Assembly (NCBI GenBank): GCA_037444025.1
Contig: JBBINE010000005.1
Coordinates: 22,590-79,554 of the forward strand
Source: a bacterium
GTDB taxonomy: Bacteria > Patescibacteriota > Minisyncoccia > UBA6257 > HR35
Reading direction: 5' to 3'
Length of the DNA: 56,965 bases
How positions within the stretch are numbered: position 1 is the stretch's first letter; every line of letters starts with the position of its first letter. Under the pieces are notes generated by a model. The model was not told the DNA's origin. It saw nothing but the letters and a program-made list of their open reading frames with translations, and did not search any database. Positions 31,130-38,943 of this stretch are shown here, piece by piece. The position numbers and the translations under genes are program-made.

Positions 31130-31633
31130 ATGAAAAACAAAAAGGATAAACAAGAGATAGTAAGACAACTTAGAAATAGATTTGAAAAAGCTAAAGGCTA
31201 TATTTTAATTAATCTATCTAATTTAAAAGGAAATTCTCAATTTTTGCTTAAAGAAATTCTTAAAAGTCAAAATTCTTTATTTCAAGTAGTCAAAAAAACA
31301 CTAATCTACAAAGCTAATCCTAATTTTCCTTTTAAAGATGAAGAAACCAAAATTCCTTTTGGTTTAATTTGGGAGTTTGATGAAAATTTAAATTCTTTTA
31401 GAGCTTTAAAAATACTTAAAGAAAAAGATTTAGAAGTTAATATTGTGAGTGGTTATTTTAAAGGTAGAGTGTTAAAAACTGAAGATGTTGTTCGTTTTTC
31501 AGAATTACCTTCAAAAGATCAATTGATCTCTAATCTTGTTTATTCTTTGAAAGGTTTGAGTCATAGACTTAATTTTACTCTTGCTTTTCCTTTGAAAAAA
31601 TTAGTTTCCACTTTGTCGTTAATTAAAAAATAA
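31130..31633 (+). CDS. rplJ: 50S ribosomal protein L10
   Basis: 167 aa, located immediately upstream of L7/L12. The N-terminus (K..IV..L...F....) is L10-like. Confidence 0.85.
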   Translation: MKNKKDKQEIVRQLRNRFEKAKGYILINLSNLKGNSQFLLKEILKSQNSLFQVVKKTLIYKANPNFPFKDEETKIPFGLIWEFDENLNSFRALKILKEKDLEVNIVSGYFKGRVLKTEDVVRFSELPSKDQLISNLVYSLKGLSHRLNFTLAFPLKKLVSTLSLIKK

Positions 31634-31671
31634 AAAATGATTTCGTTAAAGCGAAATCTAAATTTAGTCAA

Positions 31672-32055
31672 ATGGTAGAAAAAGTTCAAAAGATAATCGA
31701 TGAAATTTCTAGTTTGACTGTAGTCGAACTTAATGAATTGATTAAAGCTTTGGAAGATAAATTTGGGGTTAGTGCTGCTACTGCTTTTATTCCTTCAGTT
31801 TCAGTAAGCGTTGGTTCTGAAACAAAATCAGAAGAAGGTAAAAGTGAATTTGATATTCATCTTGTTAGTTCTGGAGAGAATAAAATCCAGGTAATAAAAA
31901 TTTTAAGAGAAATTGATCCCAACTTATCGTTGAAAGATGCTAAAGATTTAGTTGATAATCCTCCGCAAAAAATTGCTGAAAAAGTAGAAAAAAGTAAAGC
32001 TGAGGAATTCAAGAAAAAATTTGAAGAAGTTGGAGCTAAAGTTGAATTAAAATAA
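31672..32055 (+). CDS. rplL: 50S ribosomal protein L7/L12
   Basis: IIDEISSLTVVELNELIKALEDKFGV, then KIQVIKILREI..LSLKDAKDLVD, then GAKVELK. Confidence 0.95.
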   Translation: MVEKVQKIIDEISSLTVVELNELIKALEDKFGVSAATAFIPSVSVSVGSETKSEEGKSEFDIHLVSSGENKIQVIKILREIDPNLSLKDAKDLVDNPPQKIAEKVEKSKAEEFKKKFEEVGAKVELK

Positions 32056-32072
32056 ATCAGTTTTTAGATTTT

Positions 32073-33095
32073 TTAGAAAAAAACACATCCATTATTCTTG
32101 TACCAAGCTGGTGTTCCATATTCAAAGTGCCAACTTTCTTTGCTAAACCTTCTAAAGCCGGCCTGACACATAATTTCTTCAAGTTGTTTCCAATCTTGTT
32201 TTCTTTTAAGTATTTCTATTCTACCTCTTGGATTCTTAACAGCAAGGTTGACATCTACTGCTAAGCCAAAATTATGATTTGATCTTCCTGGTCTAGCTAC
32301 TGGTTTGATTCTTCTTCCAGCTTGATATTGTTCATATAATATTTTTTGTTCTTCTATACTTCTGTAACTACTATTTATATAAAGAATATAATTTTTATTT
32401 CTATCTTTTGCTTCTTTCCCGGCTTTTTGAAGACGTCGAACCAAGAGATAATGAATTCTCATCTGTTTTTTTGAAAGGACAATACCATTTAGTTCGAGTG
32501 ATTTTTTTGCTAGGGGAGAACTTGCTTTTACGGTAAAAGGTTTGCCTTTTACTTGCTCTAACAGAACTAGGTCAGTGCCTTTGTTAAAATTTCTAGTAAA
32601 TGTAGAAGCATCTAATCCAGAGATATTTAAATCTTCTCCCGTAAAAACAGCTTTGATAGCAATAATTGCATCCCTGAAGAAGACCTTAATTTTTGTTCCT
32701 ATAGATTGTTGACTATCTGGTAAATACTCTTCATCTATTTCTGGTTCCGCTTCCATATCTTCTATCTTTACCTTAACCTTCACCACCGGGATAATCAATT
32801 TATTTTCTTGGAATATCTCAGGATTAACTAATTGTAAAATGGAAGGGAAAATAAAAAGAATAATCAATCCTATCAAAGCACTTTTCATCATCTCTTTTCC
32901 TCTTCTGCCACCAGGAGAAAAATTAATAGGTGAAGTCTCTAATAAATACTTAATAGCTCCCAACAAAAAATAAAGGAAATCCAAAGCTAAAAAAATAACT
33001 AAAATCAAATTATAAAAACTCTGAAGACAAGCAATTAAATTTTCACATCTTGAGATGGAAATTATTTGTGAAGGACTTAATAAATCAAATTTCAT
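32073..33095 (-). CDS. two-TM (VirB2/TrbC-pilin-like) N-module fused to an M15/VanY-type peptidoglycan peptidase
   Basis: The N-terminal 110 aa are identical to those of the upstream paralog. The C-terminus carries SSYRSIEEQ, ARPGRSNHNFGLAVDV and ESWHFEY (Zn ligands H, D, H of the Hedgehog/DD-peptidase fold). Confidence 0.8.
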   Translation of the reverse strand: MKFDLLSPSQIISISRCENLIACLQSFYNLILVIFLALDFLYFLLGAIKYLLETSPINFSPGGRRGKEMMKSALIGLIILFIFPSILQLVNPEIFQENKLIIPVVKVKVKIEDMEAEPEIDEEYLPDSQQSIGTKIKVFFRDAIIAIKAVFTGEDLNISGLDASTFTRNFNKGTDLVLLEQVKGKPFTVKASSPLAKKSLELNGIVLSKKQMRIHYLLVRRLQKAGKEAKDRNKNYILYINSSYRSIEEQKILYEQYQAGRRIKPVARPGRSNHNFGLAVDVNLAVKNPRGRIEILKRKQDWKQLEEIMCQAGFRRFSKESWHFEYGTPAWYKNNGCVFF

Positions 33096-33096
33096 T
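32767..33096. repeat. 330-bp direct repeat, copy 1 (partner at 33939..34268)
   Basis: By-eye comparison shows base-for-base identity from tttaccttaaccttcaccaccggg to aaatcaaatttcatt, at an offset of 1172 bp. Confidence 0.9.
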
Positions 33097-34267
33097 TATT
33101 TTTTAAAAAAGTATTCAATTTGTCCTCGGAGGGAATCGAACCCCCAACCTCGTGGTCCGAAGCCACGCGCTCTTCCAATTGAGCTACGAGGACATTTGTA
33201 AAAATTTCATGTATTAATTTTAAAACAAGATTGGTATTTTCAAGGGATTCTCCTATTTTTGTTTTTATGGCTTTTTTTGGTTTTATTCTGAACCATTTTT
33301 TGCATGTTTCCTTAGGATCTCCTGCGCAACGACAAATTTGTGGTCCTCTACTCCATACTGACCACGCACCAAAACTACCCTTAGAACCCAAAAATTTATC
33401 TAAGGCTAATACTATATTAACATCAGGATTTTGTAAAATTTTTACACACTTTAAATACATATTCTTTGCTTCTCTTTTAACTCGACAATTAAAATTCTTT
33501 CCTGAAAAAAGTATTTCAGGTTCGCAACTTTCTCCGCGCAAGAGTCGGCTTTTTATATAACTTGTATAATGTGTTACCGTCATATTTATTTGAAACAAAC
33601 CAATGGAAAAAGGTTCCCCAGTTTGTTTTACTCCACTAGGACCAACGCATCTATCTGTTGTTGATATAGCCTCTGGTCTTCCACCCGATTCTTTATAACA
33701 TATCAAAGAAAATAGTTTTACTATCGTTTCTATTTGAAGGTCTGAATATCCTCTTGCTTTTAATGGTTTTTCCATTTTTTCTTTAAGATTAGACGGCAAA
33801 CACTCGTCGTTTATAGGCATAACTCCTCTACCTATTCTGTTCCCACAATCTGAAGGCGTGACATTTTGGTATTCTATTGTATCCTCAGGTATATCAGTTC
33901 CTGGTACTTCTCCTTTTGAAAGGTCGTATTTAACTTTTTTTACCTTAACCTTCACCACCGGGATAATCAATTTATTTTCTTGGAATATCTCAGGATTAAC
34001 TAATTGTAAAATGGAAGGGAAAATAAAAAGAATAATCAATCCTATCAAAGCACTTTTCATCATCTCTTTTCCTCTTCTGCCACCAGGAGAAAAATTAATA
34101 GGTGAAGTCTCTAATAAATACTTAATAGCTCCCAACAAAAAATAAAGGAAATCCAAAGCTAAAAAAATAACTAAAATCAAATTATAAAAACTCTGAAGAC
34201 AAGCAATTAAATTTTCACATCTTGAGATGGAAATTATTTGTGAAGGACTTAATAAATCAAATTTCAT
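33092..34267 (-). CDS. two-TM (VirB2/TrbC-pilin-like) N-module fused to a Cys-rich lysozyme-like/SLT-type glycosidase
   Basis: Identical N-module, then CYKESGGRPEAIS...FSIGLFQINM (catalytic Glu-Ser followed by the GLxQ motif of the SLT/lysozyme-like superfamily) and many Cys residues. The true 3' end is uncertain because the last ~35 codons run through tRNA-Arg. Confidence 0.7.
   Translation of the reverse strand: MKFDLLSPSQIISISRCENLIACLQSFYNLILVIFLALDFLYFLLGAIKYLLETSPINFSPGGRRGKEMMKSALIGLIILFIFPSILQLVNPEIFQENKLIIPVVKVKVKKVKYDLSKGEVPGTDIPEDTIEYQNVTPSDCGNRIGRGVMPINDECLPSNLKEKMEKPLKARGYSDLQIETIVKLFSLICYKESGGRPEAISTTDRCVGPSGVKQTGEPFSIGLFQINMTVTHYTSYIKSRLLRGESCEPEILFSGKNFNCRVKREAKNMYLKCVKILQNPDVNIVLALDKFLGSKGSFGAWSVWSRGPQICRCAGDPKETCKKWFRIKPKKAIKTKIGESLENTNLVLKLIHEIFTNVLVAQLEERVASDHEVGGSIPSEDKLNTFLKNK
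33121..33193 (-). tRNA. tRNA-Arg (anticodon TCG)
   Basis: The reverse complement reads GTCCTCG TA GCTC AATTGGAA GAGC G CGTGG CTTCGGA CCACG AGGTT GGGGG TTCGATT CCCTC CGAGGAC A. The gene lies inside the 3' end of ORF 33092..34267. Confidence 0.9.
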
Positions 34268-34268
34268 T
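33939..34268. repeat. 330-bp direct repeat, copy 2 (partner at 32767..33096)
   Basis: Same evidence as copy 1. The flanks diverge immediately outside the repeat (tatt vs cgtt; atcttctatc vs atttaactttt). Confidence 0.9.
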
Positions 34269-34290
34269 CGTTAATATTTTAAATTTTAAT

Positions 34291-35295
34291 CTACAATTTT
34301 TTTCTACTTACTTTTTCATATAAATAAATAAGCCAATAAGAATTTTTAAACCTATAATCTACAGCTGGGCAAAGTTTAACTAAGCTCCCCCCAAAACCTT
34401 TTTTAAATTGGGACAAACCATACCAGGGGTGAGAAGAATTTTCTTTCCTAGCTATTCCCCAAAAATTATAAAAATAACATTTTCTTTTTTGAGCTTCTTT
34501 TATTATTTCCCATTGCAATTTATAATTTATTGGTTCTTTCACCGGGTAAGAGGCAGAATGATGATAAAAAGCATTTCGATGAGAAAAAATAACAATAGCA
34601 GCTGAAACATAATCTACCTCTATCTTGCCTAAAAAAAGTAAAGCTTTATTTCCTTTGTTAAAAATTTCAAATTCTTTAAAAATAAATTCTTTTGAGTAGG
34701 GAATAAATTTTTTTCTTCTTGCTAAATCTTCATAAATTTTCCAAAAAATATCTAATTTGCTTTGATCGTTTGTTTTTTCAATTTCTAAAAATGGTTTTTT
34801 GAGTGAATCAAGAACTAATTTTTTGTGGCTAGAATTCATTTCTTTGATCATATCTTCATCTTTTTGTATTTTTTTTAACCAAAAATTTTCACTAACAGCA
34901 TAAGTCGGAGCTAAAATAAAACCGAGTTTTTTAAAGGTTGATATTTTATCATCGCTTTCTATAGGGTTGATTCTTAAAAATTTATATTTGTGATTATATT
35001 TCTGCTCTTTTAAAAAATTGATCATTAATTTCAGTGCTTCTTCTAGGTATTGTTCTTTAATTACTGGGCCATGGTGGATTACCAACCCATTTCTTTTGCC
35101 CTTGTAGCCGACTAATTGACATATACCAACTAATTCTTTGCTTTCTTTAAGAAAAAAGCCTAATCTCAAAACTTCTCTGCCTAAACTTTTTTCTATTTCT
35201 CCGTATTCAAAATCTTGTAAAAAACTGATATATTGATTATCATCTAAAAATTCGTTCCATTTTTCTTTATTGATTGATTTTTCGATTGTTAACAT
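34291..35295 (-). CDS. FemAB-family peptidoglycan interpeptide-bridge aminoacyltransferase
   Basis: 334 aa with WNEFL...FLQDFEYGEIEK, a GNAT-like duplication pattern, and LQWEIIKEAQKRKCYFYNFWG. Confidence 0.75.
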   Translation of the reverse strand: MLTIEKSINKEKWNEFLDDNQYISFLQDFEYGEIEKSLGREVLRLGFFLKESKELVGICQLVGYKGKRNGLVIHHGPVIKEQYLEEALKLMINFLKEQKYNHKYKFLRINPIESDDKISTFKKLGFILAPTYAVSENFWLKKIQKDEDMIKEMNSSHKKLVLDSLKKPFLEIEKTNDQSKLDIFWKIYEDLARRKKFIPYSKEFIFKEFEIFNKGNKALLFLGKIEVDYVSAAIVIFSHRNAFYHHSASYPVKEPINYKLQWEIIKEAQKRKCYFYNFWGIARKENSSHPWYGLSQFKKGFGGSLVKLCPAVDYRFKNSYWLIYLYEKVSRKKL

Positions 35296-35392
35296 TTTTT
35301 ATTAGCTATTTTTTATATTATAAAAAAATATACTAAAATGAAATTAGAACCGACACCATCTGGCATCTTCTTTATGGCTATAGAGGAAATAT

Positions 35393-36667
35393 CTATAGCC
35401 ATTTTTTTATTTTTGCTAAAATAAAATTTATATCTTCTGTTTTTAAGGATGGATATGTTGGTAGATTTATAATTTTTTGGCTTAAATTTTCTGCTCGAGG
35501 ACATGTTCCTGTCTGATAATCAAATTTTTTTAAATCACAGCACGGCATTAAAATACAAAAATACCAATCGCCTAAATAAATATTTAACTTCTTAAATTTT
35601 TGGTAAATTTCGTCTCTACTTTCTATTAAGATAGGATATCTCAAAAATATAGGCTTACTTTCTTGAGGATAATTTAAGGGAAATTTCTCATTAATAATTC
35701 TAGCTATTTCTTGTCGGTGTTGATTAAATTTCTCTAATTTTTTTAACTGATTTAAAAGCAAGGGGAAAAGTAATTCCGGATATTTCAAGAAATTATTAAT
35801 GCTTTTTGCCTCTTTTTCAGGTTTCGAGATCATCTCTAAAGTTAGTTTCAATTTTCTAGTTAATCCTAAAATTTTTTTATAAAAAAAATTATAATTTTCT
35901 CTTAGTTGATAAAGTAAAAGACCTGTCCTAACTACTTTTTTGATCTCTGTGTATTCTTTTAACTTTTCATATTCTTTTTTTATTGTTTCAGAAAAATTTT
36001 TATTATTAACAATTAAAGCTCCACCGATGATACTAGAAATAACTTTATTTCTATTAAAAGAAAGCAAAGCGAAATCTCCAAAATTGCCTAAATATTTTTC
36101 TTCATATTTAGCTCCTAAAGAATGAACCAAATTTTCAATGACCAAAATATTGTTTTCTTGAGCAAAGCTTAAAAGTTCCTTAACTTTTGCCGGAAGACCG
36201 AAGGTATTTTGAATAATTAGTACAAATTGAGATGTAGGTTCAATGGATTTATTCCTTGCTTGGTGTATCTGGATATGGTTTGGGCTATTCTTGAATGATC
36301 TTTTCAAAGCCGAGAATTTATTTTTTAAATCTTTAAAATCTAGATTATAACTTTCATCTATATCAATATAAATAGGTTTCCAGCCGGCAGACTTTATCGC
36401 GTGAGGCACAACAAGACAGGTAAAAGCTTGATTAAAAACAAAACCAGGAGTTTCCTTTTTTAAAATCTTAAGAAGAAAACCTAAAGCATTTCTTGCCGAA
36501 TCAAAAAAATAAATTTCACTTTCAGGAAAATAAGAACTGATTATTTGCAAGACTTCTTCCTTACTTTTTTTGATAGCTGACTCTGGATAAAAATTTAATT
36601 TTTTTATAATTTCAACATCATCCTCTTCAAAATTAGGTACCAGATCAAGATTGATTATTTTGTTCAT
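35393..36667 (-). CDS. DegT/DnrJ/EryC1/StrS-family PLP aminotransferase-like protein
   Basis: SARNALGFLL, NTFGLPAKVKELLSFAQENNILVIENLVHSLGAKY, GDFALLSFNRNKVISS (Lys at the Schiff-base position). Confidence 0.6.
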   Translation of the reverse strand: MNKIINLDLVPNFEEDDVEIIKKLNFYPESAIKKSKEEVLQIISSYFPESEIYFFDSARNALGFLLKILKKETPGFVFNQAFTCLVVPHAIKSAGWKPIYIDIDESYNLDFKDLKNKFSALKRSFKNSPNHIQIHQARNKSIEPTSQFVLIIQNTFGLPAKVKELLSFAQENNILVIENLVHSLGAKYEEKYLGNFGDFALLSFNRNKVISSIIGGALIVNNKNFSETIKKEYEKLKEYTEIKKVVRTGLLLYQLRENYNFFYKKILGLTRKLKLTLEMISKPEKEAKSINNFLKYPELLFPLLLNQLKKLEKFNQHRQEIARIINEKFPLNYPQESKPIFLRYPILIESRDEIYQKFKKLNIYLGDWYFCILMPCCDLKKFDYQTGTCPRAENLSQKIINLPTYPSLKTEDINFILAKIKKWL

Positions 36668-38241
36668 AGATTAATTTTAACTTTTTCTGGAAATCTGTTA
36701 ATTATCCAAATTCCTATTTTTTCAAAATTTAAACTGTCAAGAAAAATTTCAAATTCTTTTGGAGAGGTAATTAATAAAAATTTATCATTTTTAACTCCGG
36801 TTATTTCTATAAAATCGTTTGAGGTTAGAATTATTTTATCAAAGTGAAGAAACTCTTCTTTTAATTTTTGATAAACCTCTTTTGTCTCTTGTCCAAGTTC
36901 AAAAAGACCATTAAAAATAATAATTTTATAATTCAAGTCTAAGTTTTTAAAGTAAGCTAAAGCTGAAAAAACTCCTCGAGGATTAGCATTATAAGAATCA
37001 TCAAAAATATAAAAATTATTTTTAATTTTAAGTTGTAGAAATCCTTCAGGAAGTTGGATATTCCTTATTTTTTTTTCGTATTTTTTAATATCATCAATAA
37101 TCGAAATAAAACTTAAAACCCCAACAAGATTTTCGATTTGCATAGGGAAAATTAAATTAGTTTTTAAGGTATATTCTTCTTTAGGAGTTCGGAGTTTAAG
37201 TTGGCTTTGGTTTAAATTAGTATTCAAAATTTCAAAACTAAAATGAGTATGTTTTTTATCGAATGCAGGATCAAATTTTCCATAGGTAAATAATTTAATA
37301 TTTTTATTTTTTATATTAGTGATAATTTTTTTATTTAAATCTTCAAAATATTCATGGTTACTATTTACTAAAAGAATACCCTTTTCCATCCAGGTTAAAA
37401 TTTCAATCCCTTCACCTACAATAATATTTTTAATATTTCCAAAAAGATAAAGATGTTGTTTGGTAATTCCCGTGATAAAAGCAATATCTGGAGTTATATA
37501 TTTAGTTGCTAGTTTTATGTTCCCTAAATAATAGGAACCAAATTCAATGATTAAATAATCATAGTTGTTTAAATCAACTGTCGAAAGATATTTCAAAATA
37601 GCATATTCGTGATTAATTCTTGGAGGTAAGGATAAAACTTGATAATTCTCTTTTAGAATCTGTGTTAATATTTCCTTTGTTCCTGATTTGCCATAACTTC
37701 CACAAATACCTATTATTTTGAGTCCTCTTTTTTTTTGGAAATTAATTTTTCTTGCTACTCTTTTCCCCAAAAGGCAGAGATAAATTTTTTCTCCTCTTTT
37801 TAATAACTTAATGACAAAGGTATGGATAGTAAATTGATTAAGCCAGGGCATTAAAGTTGTTACTATCAAGAGATTGTTATTTGATAAACGAAGAAGAACG
37901 AAATCTAAAATAAAAACCGAAATTAATATTATTAAAGTTTTAAAAGTAGGTTTAATTTTTTTTATCAATTCAAATCTCAATCCCAAAAGAATCACCACCA
38001 TTAAAAACAAAAATTGAATTTTTAAAAAATCTAGATTAATCTCTCGAAAATAAATTAAAGATATTAAATAAAAGAGATAGAAAAATATTTCTTTTTTGTT
38101 AAAGAGAATGCTACGAAGATAAGTGGGGAAATAAAAATGAGCTAAAGCTTTTCTGTATAAATAATCTTTGATTTGATAAAACCTTAAAACCGAAAGGCCA
38201 TTAATTAACAAAACAATCAAAGATAAAAGAAAACTAATCAT
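36664..38241 (-). CDS. murF: MurF-like Mur ligase with ~170-aa polytopic membrane N-terminus
   Basis: Residues 1-165 form about 4-5 hydrophobic helices. These are followed by IIGICGSYGKSGTKEIL (P-loop), ITGITKQHL and FDDSYNANP (MurF signature). Confidence 0.75.
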   Translation of the reverse strand: MISFLLSLIVLLINGLSVLRFYQIKDYLYRKALAHFYFPTYLRSILFNKKEIFFYLFYLISLIYFREINLDFLKIQFLFLMVVILLGLRFELIKKIKPTFKTLIILISVFILDFVLLRLSNNNLLIVTTLMPWLNQFTIHTFVIKLLKRGEKIYLCLLGKRVARKINFQKKRGLKIIGICGSYGKSGTKEILTQILKENYQVLSLPPRINHEYAILKYLSTVDLNNYDYLIIEFGSYYLGNIKLATKYITPDIAFITGITKQHLYLFGNIKNIIVGEGIEILTWMEKGILLVNSNHEYFEDLNKKIITNIKNKNIKLFTYGKFDPAFDKKHTHFSFEILNTNLNQSQLKLRTPKEEYTLKTNLIFPMQIENLVGVLSFISIIDDIKKYEKKIRNIQLPEGFLQLKIKNNFYIFDDSYNANPRGVFSALAYFKNLDLNYKIIIFNGLFELGQETKEVYQKLKEEFLHFDKIILTSNDFIEITGVKNDKFLLITSPKEFEIFLDSLNFEKIGIWIINRFPEKVKINL

Positions 38242-38246
38242 TTTAA

Positions 38247-38927
38247 TTATTCTATCAAATTTTCTAAAATTCTGACGAATTCTTCAGGATTTTCTTTATG
38301 AAAACTATGTCCTCCTTCGAAAGTTATCAACTTTGCTTGAGGAATAACTTCCTTCAAGATTTTACCTTGAGTTAGAGGGGTGATATTGTCTTGTTCTCCC
38401 CAGAGAAGATATGTTTTAACTTTTAATTTCTTTGCTTTATCTTTCAGATCAATTCTTATGTTTTCAAATGTTTTCTTCAACTTTTCCTCAGCTAAAAAAT
38501 AATCATAACTTTTGACTATAAATTTATAATAAAACTTTCTTAGGAGATAAGAAATTTTTTGAGGCAAGATTTTTTCAAGGATCTTAAAAATTCTAGCCAA
38601 CAAGGAAGAGATTTTTGTTTTTAAATTTTTTCTTCTTATAATTGCTGGATTATAGAGAATGAGTGTTTTTATTTTTGAGGGATCTTTTAGAGCATATAAC
38701 ATAGCTAAAGCTCCACCGAAAGAATGTCCTAAAAGAAAAAAATTTTCTAATTTTATTTCTTTTTCTAGATAATTTAAATAATCCTCAAGAGTAAAAGGTT
38801 TTTCTAAAGGAATTTCAAATCCCGGAAGATCCAAAAGATAAACATTAAATTTGTTAAAATGAGCTAAAGTTTCATTCCAACTTTCTTTTTTACCCCAGCC
38901 ATGAATAATTACTAAATTTTCTTTCAT
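38247..38927 (-). CDS. alpha/beta-fold hydrolase
   Basis: VIIHGWG, nucleophile elbow GHSFGG, and a C-terminal GGHSFH. Confidence 0.8.
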   Translation of the reverse strand: MKENLVIIHGWGKKESWNETLAHFNKFNVYLLDLPGFEIPLEKPFTLEDYLNYLEKEIKLENFFLLGHSFGGALAMLYALKDPSKIKTLILYNPAIIRRKNLKTKISSLLARIFKILEKILPQKISYLLRKFYYKFIVKSYDYFLAEEKLKKTFENIRIDLKDKAKKLKVKTYLLWGEQDNITPLTQGKILKEVIPQAKLITFEGGHSFHKENPEEFVRILENLIE

Positions 38928-38943
38928 TAATTATAATTTTCTT

